A stretch of 41,300 bases of DNA from Chthoniobacterales bacterium (GTDB taxonomy: Bacteria; Verrucomicrobiota; Verrucomicrobiia; Chthoniobacterales; JBKEAD01), in the NCBI GenBank assembly GCA_047973165.1, contig JBKEBM010000065.1:1-41300 (forward strand), written 5' to 3'. The translations under genes and the position numbers were made by a program. Positions 1 through 9,300 of the stretch are shown piece after piece (position 1 is the first letter of the stretch; each line of letters begins with the position of its first letter). A model generated the notes under the pieces. That model was given only the letters and a program-made list of their open reading frames with translations, was not told where the DNA came from and ran no database searches.

Positions 1-195
1 AGGCATGATGCGCGAAATGTCTCCTCCACGGCCTGGCGCAACCGTCTGGCAGATGCCATTGTCGATGGAATTTCAAGCTACCGGCTGCTGAGCGAATACC
101 GCATTGCCCCTCGGGTGGTTAACGATTATCGCGAGATGGTCCGCCCCGACACACCGCTGGATCCGGCTTCAAAGAAAAAACTGAAGCTTCCCTGA
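1..195 (+). CDS. 3' end of a probable N-acetylmuramoyl-L-alanine amidase (Amidase_3), truncated by the window edge
   Basis: Frame 1 is open from base 1 to TGA 193-195 and reads RHDARNVSSTAWRNRLADAIVDGISSY...KKKLKLP*. DAxxxxSxxWRxRLAxAIxxGIxxY resembles the terminal helix of Amidase_3 domains. Confidence 0.6.
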   Translation, partial: RHDARNVSSTAWRNRLADAIVDGISSYRLLSEYRIAPRVVNDYREMVRPDTPLDPASKKKLKLP

Positions 196-225
196 ATCTC
201 TGATTCGTATGACAAGCCCCCCCCG

Positions 226-250
226 GTAGGGTCATTTTGATAAAATGACC
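226..250. repeat. GTAG-footed perfect hairpin (REP-like palindrome or bidirectional terminator)
   Basis: GTAG (226-229) followed by GGTCATTTT-GAT-AAAATGACC (230-250), between two convergent genes. Confidence 0.5.
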
Positions 251-287
251 GCCTCGTGTGAGGAATGCACCATGCTGCGGTCGCTAG

Positions 288-2642
288 TCATTTTTCGTTT
301 TTGGCTTTGGCCATGGCCTGGCTGAACCAGTCGTTGCCGGCAGCTCCGGAGTTGCTCGCCGGGCTGTTGGATTTTTTTCCCTGGAGGGCGGCGCGGCGTT
401 CGGCCCGGTTTTTTGGCTTTGAGAAAGGTCTGTTGCCGTTGCCTGATGATTTTGCTCCGCGTGGTGCTGCGAGGTCGGGGTTTGTTTTTAAGGAGAGTGC
501 GATGCGCTTGCGGTCGAGGTCCACTTCGACGACGGTGGCCTGCACTTTTTGCCCGACCCGGACGACATCTGAGGGGTCTTTTACAAACTCGTCGGAGAGC
601 TGGCTGATGTGGGCAAGGCCGTCCTGGTGGACTCCTACGTCGATGAAGGCGCCGAAGGCGGTGACGTTGGTCACGATGCCGGGGAGGTGCATGCCGGGTT
701 TCAGATCGGTGGGTTTGGAGACTTCGTCGGCGAAGCTGAAGACTTCGAATTGGGCGCGAGGGTCGCGTCCGGGCCGGGCGAGCTCGGCGAGGATGTCCTG
801 GAGAGTTGGAAGGCCGAGGTCGCCTGAGACGTAGCGGTCGAGGTTTCTTTTGATCTGCTGGCGGCGGCTGTCATCAGTGATCAAATCGGGAATTTCGCAA
901 CTGAGGTCGGTGGCCATTTGGCGGACAGTGTCGTAGCGCTCGGGATGCACGGCGGAGGCGTCGAGGGGATTTTTTGCGCTGCGTATGCGAAGGAATCCGG
1001 CGGCTTGTTCGTAGGCTTTGGGGCCTAGACGCGGGACTTTGGAGAGGTCGTTTCGGGAGCTGAAGGGGCCGTTTTCATTTCGGTAGGAAACGATATTTGT
1101 GGCGATGGTGGTGTTGAGTCCGGAGACGTAGCTCAGGAGCTGGGCACTGGCGGTGTTGAGCTCGACGCCGACGCCGTTTACGCAACTGATGACGGTGTCG
1201 TCGAGGGCGTGCTTGAGGAGATTTTGGTCCACGTCGTGCTGGTATTGGCCGACGCCGATGGATTTCGGGTCGAGTTTTACAAGCTCTGCAAGGGGGTCCA
1301 TGAGGCGGCGTCCGATGGAGACGGCTCCGCGGACGGTGAGGTCGTGGTCGGGGAATTCTTCGCGGGCAACTTCGGAGGCGGAGTAGATGGATGCGCCGGA
1401 TTCGTTTACCATTACGATGGAGATTTTTGCCGGGAGGCCGATGCCGCGAACGAAGAGTTCGGTTTCGCGTCCGGCAGTACCGTTGCCGATGGCGATAGCG
1501 TCGATCTGGTATTGGGTGAGCATGGCTTTGATTTTGGTGGCGGCTTCGGCGGCGCGTCCGGTCTCGGGGTAGATGACGTCGTGGTGGAGGAGCTTGCCCT
1601 GGGCGTCGAGGCAGACGGTTTTGCAGCCGGTGCGGAATCCGGGGTCGATGGCCATAACACGTTTCTGGCCGAGGGGAGAGGCGAGGAGGAGTTCGCGGAG
1701 ATTTTCAGTGAAGACGCGGATGGCTTCTTCGTCGGCTTTCTTTTTGAGGGCGAGGCGGGTTTCTCCTTCCATGCTGAACTTGAGGAGGCGCTTGAAGGAG
1801 TCTTCGGCGGCGAGGGCGACCTGCTGACTTGCGGGGTTGTCGCCTTTTACAAAAATATCGTGGAGGATGCTTTGGGCTCGGTCTTCGGGGGGCTGGACGC
1901 GGACGAGGAGGAAGCCTTCGGTTTCGCCTCGGCGCATGGCGAGGACGCGGTGGGAGGGGGCATTTTTTATAGGTTCTTTCCAGTCGAAGTAGTCTTTGAA
2001 TTTTGCGCCTTCGGTTTCTTTTCCGGTGAGAACTTTGGAGGTGATTTCGGCGTCGGACCAGAAGAGAGTGCGTAGGGAGGCGCGGGCCTGGGCGTCGTCG
2101 CTGATGTGCTCGGCGAGGATATCGCGTGCTCCGGCCAGGGCGTCGTCGGCAGTGGGGACTTCTTTTTTTGGATCAATGAAAGCGGCGGCTTCCTGGAGTG
2201 GGTCGGTGGCGGGGTTTTGCTCCCGGAGGATTTCTGCGAGCGGGGCGAGGCCTCGTTCGGTGGCGATGGTCGCTTTTGTGCGGCGTTTGGGTCGGAAGGG
2301 AAGATAGATGTCTTCGAGTTTGGTGAGCGTGGTGGCTGCGGTGAGTTTTTCTTTGAGCTCGTCGGTGAGGAGCTTGCGCTCGGTCAGAGATTTCAGGATG
2401 GAACTGCGGCGTGCGTGGACTTCTTTTAGCTGGCTGAGGCGGTCGCGGATGCTGGTGACAGCGACTTCGTCGAGTGAGCCGGTGACTTCTTTTCGATAGC
2501 GGGAGATGAAGGGGACAGTGGCTCCTTCTTCGAGGAGGAGGGCAGTTGCGAGGATTTGTTTTTCGCTGAAGGGGAGTTCAGCAGTCAGGATTGAGACGAA
2601 GGGACGGATATTTTCGAGGGAGGCAGATGCTGTGTCGGTCAT
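288..2642 (-). CDS. tex: Tex/YhgF family transcriptional accessory RNA-binding protein
   Basis: GATVPFISRYRKEVTGSLDE N-terminus, YqgF-like AIDPGFRTGCK, VNESGASIYSAS, IGVGQYQHDV, HhH region, and C-terminal S1 domain (VTNVTAFGAFIDVGVHQDGLAHISQL). Confidence 0.97.
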   Translation of the reverse strand: MTDTASASLENIRPFVSILTAELPFSEKQILATALLLEEGATVPFISRYRKEVTGSLDEVAVTSIRDRLSQLKEVHARRSSILKSLTERKLLTDELKEKLTAATTLTKLEDIYLPFRPKRRTKATIATERGLAPLAEILREQNPATDPLQEAAAFIDPKKEVPTADDALAGARDILAEHISDDAQARASLRTLFWSDAEITSKVLTGKETEGAKFKDYFDWKEPIKNAPSHRVLAMRRGETEGFLLVRVQPPEDRAQSILHDIFVKGDNPASQQVALAAEDSFKRLLKFSMEGETRLALKKKADEEAIRVFTENLRELLLASPLGQKRVMAIDPGFRTGCKTVCLDAQGKLLHHDVIYPETGRAAEAATKIKAMLTQYQIDAIAIGNGTAGRETELFVRGIGLPAKISIVMVNESGASIYSASEVAREEFPDHDLTVRGAVSIGRRLMDPLAELVKLDPKSIGVGQYQHDVDQNLLKHALDDTVISCVNGVGVELNTASAQLLSYVSGLNTTIATNIVSYRNENGPFSSRNDLSKVPRLGPKAYEQAAGFLRIRSAKNPLDASAVHPERYDTVRQMATDLSCEIPDLITDDSRRQQIKRNLDRYVSGDLGLPTLQDILAELARPGRDPRAQFEVFSFADEVSKPTDLKPGMHLPGIVTNVTAFGAFIDVGVHQDGLAHISQLSDEFVKDPSDVVRVGQKVQATVVEVDLDRKRIALSLKTNPDLAAPRGAKSSGNGNRPFSKPKNRAERRAALQGKKSNSPASNSGAAGNDWFSQAMAKAKNEK

Positions 2643-2750
2643 GGATAAAACGGGGGAGTCTGGATAATCGATCCGAGAAAATCAACTTTGAATAAACGGA
2701 GATTTTTATTCGTTAGTTGCGCAACTGTTCCGTCGGGCCTGGTTTCAGGC

Positions 2751-2779
2751 TTGCCAGGAGGGAATGTTTTGTTGAGAAT
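2751..2779 (+). promoter_or_regulatory. Putative sigma70 promoter for the GGDEF/EAL gene
   Basis: TTGCCA (2751-2756), 17-bp spacer, GAGAAT (2774-2779), 11 bp before the GTG start. Confidence 0.35.
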
Positions 2780-2789
2780 CCCCGAAAAT

Positions 2790-2798
2790 TGTGGATAA
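2790..2798 (-). promoter_or_regulatory. Perfect DnaA-box 9-mer overlapping the GTG start
   Basis: TGTGGATAA is the reverse complement of TTATCCACA. Function is not established. Confidence 0.3.
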
Positions 2799-5700
2799 GC
2801 CTTTTAAAAAGCCTTCTCGCTGGTATTCAATCGGTCTGCCGGCAGGTATTGCCTGCCTGATTCTGGGAGGTATCCTGACTTTATTTATTTTAATGGAGCA
2901 GTGGCGCGGGGAGCAACGTTACGGAGCCGATCATCTTGACTCCTGGATAAAAGCTCTGAGGGCAGGTATGACCTATCAGGAGCAAATTGCCGCCTCCATC
3001 GCAGAATCAACTCAGGATTCCTCCAGGCTCATGCGTCTCCTGGCTGAGGCCGATAAGGAAAAAAGGGAAGGGGTGGAGACTTATTTAAAAGAGGTTTATC
3101 TGCCGGGTTTGCGTGTATTCGAACAAAATGGTCTGGTAGCTGTAAATTACTTTTTGCCGGATGGAGAGCTTCTGCTGCAGACGTATCCGATCGAGCCTGA
3201 CGAAAGGCTGTCGCAGACGGTTATGTCGATGATGTCACTGACAAATTCGACGTTAATTTCGCAGAGTGCCTTTGTTGAAACTCTGTCCTTTGAAGGGTTC
3301 AGGTATGTCTATCCTTTATTTTATGACAAAGCGCATGTCGCTAACCTGGATATTGGGTTTTTACCAAAGACGATTACGGATTTTCTGAAACGTTCGATTG
3401 ATGGTTGGTCTGATTTTGCGGTGAAGGCAACTCTGATCACAAGTAAAGGTAAAGGTCGGCATATTGACTCTTATGAAAAGAGTAAATTTTTACCGGGTTA
3501 TTTTATTTTAAAAAAATCGGAAGAGCAGCAAGGAGCACAGTTAAAATCAATTATTGGTGAAGGTGAACGGGGTATCAAAATACAGGAAGACGCCAGGAAA
3601 GAGTTTGCTGGTCTGCTTTCCCTGAGAAGTTCCGGAATCGCTTCGTTTAAAAGTGGCGGTTTCTATTGGGATGTTATGGTTTATCCGCAAACTGATATAA
3701 CGGGTGCCGTCGTAGGGCAGTTTTTTGCGATCAATGAGAATCAGTTTTTACCGACACTCTACAGCGGCACAAGACGAAATATAGTAGTAGCATGGGCCTG
3801 CACCTTTCTCGCGGTCTTGTTATTTTCCATGTCGTATTTGCAACGGCAGTGGCTGCTTAGTTCGCAGGTCGAGGCTGTTTCTCAATTGGAGGATATCGGA
3901 AAAACGATCCCAGGAGCGGTTTATCAAAGCCAGTATTGGCCGGAGACCGGGCAGTCTCTGATGAAATTTATATCTCCCGGTGTTATAAAGCTGTTTTTCG
4001 ACTCGCAGGAAAAATTTTTAAAAAAACCTGATCTCTGGATGGATTATATTATTCCCGATGATCGGACAAAAGTGAAAAAATCGATGGCTCTTTGTGCGGA
4101 GGAGTTGCGCCCGTGGGCGGAAGAGTTTCGAGTCAAAACAAGTGATGGTAAAACGACCTGGCGTGAAGTCAAAGCCCAGCCTGAATTGCAAAAAGACGGC
4201 AGTATTATTTGGAACGGTTTTTTGGCAGAAGCAGATGATCGTAAAGCCGCTGAAAAAGCTCTCAGCGAAAGTGAGCAGCGTTTTCGGGACATGGCAGAGG
4301 CCGCCGGAGAATACCTTTGGGAGACAGACAAACGAGGATGCTATATTTTGCTTTCACATGGTGCAGGGAGCGTTTTTGGTGCTCCCAGGGAGTTACTTAT
4401 TAATAAAAAACCTGAAGATTTTGCGCCTCCCGAGAGTCGCGAATGGGTTACACAAATCTGGAAAAACATTCGGGAAAAAGGGGAGGCTTTCCGCGAGCTG
4501 GAATTCTGTATTCGCCGCTTGTCCGGAGAATTGGTCTGGGTGCGCTACAGCGGCACACCTTTTGTGGATACAGATGGAAATTTTGCTGGTTTTCGTGGAA
4601 CCGGACTGGACGTCACCAGGGAGAAGCTGGCTGGTGAGCTTGTAAAACAAACCCAGGAAAGACTGGTCCTGGCAACTAATGCCGGAAATCTTGGTGTTTG
4701 GGAATTTTCCTTCAAAGAAAACAAGTTCATCCTGGACGAACTTTGCTGTCAGATTTTTGATCTTCCCAGGGGTGTAAGTAAAAGAAGCCTGGAGGAGATT
4801 CTGGAGCTCTTTGTTCCCGAAGATAAAGAACAAATGAGAGAGACCATACAGGCTTTGCTTAGGGGAGAAGAGCGGCCAAATATGGACTTGCTCATTAAAA
4901 CTCCCAGGGGAGAAGAGCGTATTCTGTCCACTTCGGTTAGTTCGGCAAAAAATGAAAGTGGAGAAGTGATTCGAATAGCCGGTGTTATTTCTGATATTAC
5001 AAGCCGTAAACGTATCGAGGAGCAGGTGCGAGCTACTCGTGATATGCTGGAGAGTGTGATGGATGCATCTTCGGAAGTAGCTATTATCGCAACAGATAAT
5101 AATGGTATTATTACCGTCTTCAACAGCGGAGCCGAAAAAATGCTGGGATACTCAGCCAGTGAGGTAATTGGAAACGAAACTCCATTACTGTTTTTCAAAA
5201 ATGAAAAATCCACCGGATCGGTCAATTCCACGGATATATTACTCCATGCAGCGCAGCAGAAACTTCCAAACGACCGGGAATGGAAATATATTTGTAAAAA
5301 TAAAGAAATTATAACCGTTTCGCAGGTTATAACTGAACGCTGGGATGACAATGGTGTCAGGGAAGGTTTCTTATGTGTTGCTCTTGATATTACAGAACGG
5401 CAGCGTACAGAATATAATCTTGCACGCAGTGAAAAAGTATTGCGTGCCTTTGTCGAGCATACGCCTGCTGCCGTTGCAATGTTTGATACAAATTTAAATT
5501 ATATTGCTCACAGTCGCCAGTGGCTCACTGACTATAATATATTTTCAACCCCCTCCACTGATGATCCTTCCCATGCCGTTTTTCCCGAGCTTGGTGAATA
5601 CTGGAAAAACATTCATAAACGTTCGTTGGCTGGGGAAATCGTCTCGCAGGATGAAGATAAGATAGAATATTCCAATGGACAGAAATTCTGGCTCTCCTGG

Positions 5701-7509
5701 GAAGTAAGACCCTGGTTTTCTGTTGGAGGTAAGATCGGTGGAACGATGATGCTGACCATCGACGTAACGGATCAAAAACAGGCAGAGCAACACCTGATGC
5801 GTGTAAATGAGGACTTACAACTCTCCCAACGTATCGCCAGGCTCGGCGGATGGTCCTGGGATGTAGGAAGTGAAAAAATTATCTGTACTGAGGAATTATT
5901 TCGTATTTTTGGAATGAATCCGAATGGCCATTCTGTGGATAGGTCGAAGCTTAAAGAAATATTCGCTTACAAGGCTATACTCAAAATTTATAATTTTGTT
6001 AATTTAGCTATAGAGTTTGGTGAGAGAAATGTTTTTGAGGTAATTGGCAGAAAAACAAATTCTGAAAATACTCAAAGCAGTGAAGAAATTAATATATTAA
6101 TCCGACTTGAACCCGTTATCTCCGGGAATGGAAATATAAGGAGGCTTTACGGTTGCGTTCAGGACGTTAGTGAAATGCATCGTGCTCGTGAAGCTTTGGA
6201 AAAAAGTAATGAGAGGCTACAGGAAGCAATCGCTCAAACAAAAGAGCTGGCATCCAGGGACCCACTGACAAATCTGTATAACAGAGCTTTTCTCATGGCG
6301 GAGTTGGAACGCGCTTTACGTCGAGTTTCTAATAATTCTGTTGAACAAACCCTAATATATATAGATCTGGATAATTTTAAAACAGTAAATGACAGCCAGG
6401 GGCATAGTGCTGGTGATTCAATCCTCCAGGCAGTTTCGCGCTTACTTGAAAAGCACTTTAAACCCGAAGAAATTATAAGTCGTTTTGGCGGAGATGAATT
6501 TATAGGAATTTTTCAGCGTAACGAGGCTGAATCAATTAAAGCGGCCAAAACAATAATTTCAGACATTAAGACACACTTGTTTCAGGGAGCCGAGCGGCTC
6601 TATGCCATAGGTGCTTCTATTGGTGTCTGTCAATTAAAGGAAAATTTAACGGCTGAGGATGCTGTTTCCCGTGCAGATGCAGCATGTTACGCGGCAAAAC
6701 GACTAGGACGTAATCGAGTAAAAGCCTTTCGCCCAAATGCAACAGGAATGGAGCTTACTCTGGGTATTCAGGACTGGAGCCAGGTTCTGGGAGAAGCGAT
6801 TTATGACAAGCGCTTTGAAACCTGGTTTCAGCCTATCGTGCGCCTTGATACCGGAACACCCATATTTTTTGAAGTCTTACTTCGCCTTCGCGGGCAAAAC
6901 AAAGATATTATAGAACCATCGACTTTTATTCCTCCGGCGGAGCGAATGCAGTTAATGCCGGAGCTGGATTTTTATGTGATAGAACAATCAGCCCGCATAT
7001 TATTAAAATACCCGAACGTAAATCTGAGCATTAATTTAAGTGCTCAGTCACTGGCTATGTCTGACATGCTGAAATCTATCGACAGAATTTTTCTGCTTAA
7101 GTCTATCGATCCTTCAAGAGTCACTTGGGAGATAACTGAAACGGAAGCTCTTACTAATATTGATGAAGCTGCATATCAAACCCAGGCTTTGCATGAGAGG
7201 GGGTTTCTTATAGCTCTTGATGACTTTGGGTCCGGGTTTTCCTCCTTTGATTACCTTCGAAAACTACACATTGATTTTTTAAAAATTGATGGGAGTATTA
7301 TCAAAAACATCGCACAGGACTCTGCAAGTTATGCTTTTACGAAGGCTATTCATGATATAGGCAAATCCATGAATTTGCAGTGTATCGCCGAATATGTCGA
7401 AACAAGAAGAGTAGCTCAGATTTTGTCAGAAATTGGTATTCTTTATGGACAGGGCTTCCTTTTTTCTGCACCCCAACCTGACTTTAAGGCCAACATGGTT
7501 AATGTTTAG
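2791..7509 (+). CDS. Membrane-anchored multi-PAS diguanylate cyclase/phosphodiesterase (TM, periplasmic Cache-like sensor, TM, ~6 PAS/PAC, GGDEF, EAL)
   Basis: Two TM helices (~aa 13-35 and ~331-350). Repeated PAC ends (DVTREK, DITSRK, DITERQ, DVTDQK, DVSE). GGDEF motifs DPLTNLYNR, IDLDNFKTVND, SRFGGDEF. EAL motifs FEVLLRL, INLS, EITET, LDDFGSGFSS, KIDGS, EYVE, QGF. Confidence 0.95.
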   Translation: MDKPFKKPSRWYSIGLPAGIACLILGGILTLFILMEQWRGEQRYGADHLDSWIKALRAGMTYQEQIAASIAESTQDSSRLMRLLAEADKEKREGVETYLKEVYLPGLRVFEQNGLVAVNYFLPDGELLLQTYPIEPDERLSQTVMSMMSLTNSTLISQSAFVETLSFEGFRYVYPLFYDKAHVANLDIGFLPKTITDFLKRSIDGWSDFAVKATLITSKGKGRHIDSYEKSKFLPGYFILKKSEEQQGAQLKSIIGEGERGIKIQEDARKEFAGLLSLRSSGIASFKSGGFYWDVMVYPQTDITGAVVGQFFAINENQFLPTLYSGTRRNIVVAWACTFLAVLLFSMSYLQRQWLLSSQVEAVSQLEDIGKTIPGAVYQSQYWPETGQSLMKFISPGVIKLFFDSQEKFLKKPDLWMDYIIPDDRTKVKKSMALCAEELRPWAEEFRVKTSDGKTTWREVKAQPELQKDGSIIWNGFLAEADDRKAAEKALSESEQRFRDMAEAAGEYLWETDKRGCYILLSHGAGSVFGAPRELLINKKPEDFAPPESREWVTQIWKNIREKGEAFRELEFCIRRLSGELVWVRYSGTPFVDTDGNFAGFRGTGLDVTREKLAGELVKQTQERLVLATNAGNLGVWEFSFKENKFILDELCCQIFDLPRGVSKRSLEEILELFVPEDKEQMRETIQALLRGEERPNMDLLIKTPRGEERILSTSVSSAKNESGEVIRIAGVISDITSRKRIEEQVRATRDMLESVMDASSEVAIIATDNNGIITVFNSGAEKMLGYSASEVIGNETPLLFFKNEKSTGSVNSTDILLHAAQQKLPNDREWKYICKNKEIITVSQVITERWDDNGVREGFLCVALDITERQRTEYNLARSEKVLRAFVEHTPAAVAMFDTNLNYIAHSRQWLTDYNIFSTPSTDDPSHAVFPELGEYWKNIHKRSLAGEIVSQDEDKIEYSNGQKFWLSWEVRPWFSVGGKIGGTMMLTIDVTDQKQAEQHLMRVNEDLQLSQRIARLGGWSWDVGSEKIICTEELFRIFGMNPNGHSVDRSKLKEIFAYKAILKIYNFVNLAIEFGERNVFEVIGRKTNSENTQSSEEINILIRLEPVISGNGNIRRLYGCVQDVSEMHRAREALEKSNERLQEAIAQTKELASRDPLTNLYNRAFLMAELERALRRVSNNSVEQTLIYIDLDNFKTVNDSQGHSAGDSILQAVSRLLEKHFKPEEIISRFGGDEFIGIFQRNEAESIKAAKTIISDIKTHLFQGAERLYAIGASIGVCQLKENLTAEDAVSRADAACYAAKRLGRNRVKAFRPNATGMELTLGIQDWSQVLGEAIYDKRFETWFQPIVRLDTGTPIFFEVLLRLRGQNKDIIEPSTFIPPAERMQLMPELDFYVIEQSARILLKYPNVNLSINLSAQSLAMSDMLKSIDRIFLLKSIDPSRVTWEITETEALTNIDEAAYQTQALHERGFLIALDDFGSGFSSFDYLRKLHIDFLKIDGSIIKNIAQDSASYAFTKAIHDIGKSMNLQCIAEYVETRRVAQILSEIGILYGQGFLFSAPQPDFKANMVNV

Positions 7510-7794
7510 GGTGCTTCCGGAAATAATTTTTTCTCTCCGGCCCAGACTTACGAGGCAACAAACTACCTGGGAGACAGACCCGCCTCTCTCGTTGGTGATT
7601 ATTGCAGGTTGGGCCACTATCCATGATTCCGAAGCCCTTGTCTTGCCTGACTTACCATTGCATAAACTGTGTTTTTTTCTCAAACTCGCAAGGCAGAACT
7701 TGAATTTTACGTCTATTTTCACAAAGCTTCGATCCGCAAAAAATAATTTCTGTTTTCCTTTTTCGATATTTCTATCAGTCTCTTCGTCCACCAC

Positions 7795-9264
7795 ATGCCT
7801 GCTTTTTTAAAATTTATCATCATCTGCGTTGAGGTTCTGATGATCTTCAACCTTCTCATCATCGTGCACGAACTCGGCCATTTCCTTGCCGCCAAATGGC
7901 GCGGACTGGTTGTCGAGAAATTTGCGATCTGGTTTGGAAAACCACTCTGGAGTAAAACCATCGGCGGTGTCGAATACCGCCTGGGCAGCATTCCGGCAGG
8001 TGGCTTTGTCGCTATTCCTCAGCTTGCACCGATGGAAGCTGTCGAGGGGGGATCAAAAAATGATCGTGCCGCCCTGCCGCCCGTCAGTCCGTTGGACAAA
8101 ATCATCGTCGCTCTTGCCGGACCACTTTTCAGCCTGGGCCTGGCCTTCGCCTTTGCCGTCCTGGTCTTTTTCATAGGACGTCCGGTTAGCGAAGGTGAGA
8201 TGGGAACGACCATCGGCTACGTATTACCGGGCGGTCCTGCAGCGGAAGCTGGTCTGCACGCAGGTGATAAAATTCTCTCCATTGATGGTCACAAGGTCTC
8301 CCGCTTTTCCGCAATGGGCAATGTCGGTGAAAGCATCATCTGGAATATCGCCACCAGCGAAACTCCAGTCATCCCCATCGAAATCGAACGCGACGGCGAA
8401 ACCAAAACCTTCGAGGTTGCACCCGTCACTCCGGAACGTACGGGCTGGGGACGCAAGCGCCTCCGCCAAATCGGAATCGCCCCGCAGGAGACTCCTCTCA
8501 TCGCCCGTATTATCCCGAACAGCCCTGCCGCTGCCGCCGGTCTCAAACCCCAGGATGAGGTCACAGCCGTGGACGGGCAGAAGCTCCTCAGCATGGGCGA
8601 CCTCGCAGATTATCTCAACAAATTCCAGGGCAAGGAAATAACCCTCACCGTCGTTCGCGACGAAAAAGGTCAGACACTCACCCGGGATATCACCGTCACA
8701 CCAAAAATACCCGAGGGCGAAACCAAACCACGCATCGGCATCCAGTGGGACACTACGGGTAAAACAACCCTCATCTATCCAAACCCCGTCAGCCAAGTCG
8801 TTGGCAGCATGACAACCATGTGGGCTACGATAGTCGCCGTTATCTCTCCAAAATCGGACATCAATCTTTCGCATCTCAGCGGGCCGGTCGGCATCATGCG
8901 GGTGTATTACATTCTCTTTGAGTCACCAAATGGCTGGCGGGCGGCACTCTGGTTCAGCGTTGTTCTCAATGTCAACCTCGCTATTTTAAATCTCCTGCCG
9001 CTCCCCGTGCTTGATGGCGGACACATCACACTCGCTTTGATCGAGGCGATTCGACGCAAGCCCATTAGCATTCGCGTGCTTGAAATCGTGCAGACGGCCT
9101 TTGCTCTCCTGCTCATCAGCTTCATGCTCTACGTTACTTTTTACGACGTGCTGGACTTGCCTTTCCCTGGTAAATCCGGTGGCGATACAAAAATTCCGGA
9201 GATGCATTTTAAACCCGATGCGGCAACACCTGCACCCCAGGCTTCACCGCAAAGCAGTCCGTAA
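7795..9264 (+). CDS. rseP: RIP metalloprotease RseP (M50, two PDZ domains)
   Basis: HELGH zinc motif, ALAGP, two PDZ-like segments (GGPAAEAGLHAGDKILSIDG; NSPAAAAGLKPQDEVTAVDG), SGPVGI, NLLPLPVLDGGH. Confidence 0.96.
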   Translation: MPAFLKFIIICVEVLMIFNLLIIVHELGHFLAAKWRGLVVEKFAIWFGKPLWSKTIGGVEYRLGSIPAGGFVAIPQLAPMEAVEGGSKNDRAALPPVSPLDKIIVALAGPLFSLGLAFAFAVLVFFIGRPVSEGEMGTTIGYVLPGGPAAEAGLHAGDKILSIDGHKVSRFSAMGNVGESIIWNIATSETPVIPIEIERDGETKTFEVAPVTPERTGWGRKRLRQIGIAPQETPLIARIIPNSPAAAAGLKPQDEVTAVDGQKLLSMGDLADYLNKFQGKEITLTVVRDEKGQTLTRDITVTPKIPEGETKPRIGIQWDTTGKTTLIYPNPVSQVVGSMTTMWATIVAVISPKSDINLSHLSGPVGIMRVYYILFESPNGWRAALWFSVVLNVNLAILNLLPLPVLDGGHITLALIEAIRRKPISIRVLEIVQTAFALLLISFMLYVTFYDVLDLPFPGKSGGDTKIPEMHFKPDAATPAPQASPQSSP

Positions 9265-9300
9265 GTCCTTTGTTTTAGCGGTCTGCCAACGGATTTTGAA

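Noticed and set aside
265-2499. Long + strand ORFs (e.g. 1209-2075, 288 aa) opposite tex
   Set aside because: Antisense shadows of a strongly codon-biased gene, with no recognisable motifs.
7426-7810. 122-125 aa ORFs or a riboswitch in the spacer before rseP
   Set aside because: The ORFs overlap neighbours and lack motifs. I could not recognise c-di-GMP, cobalamin or other riboswitch consensus elements by eye; an Rfam scan is needed to exclude them.
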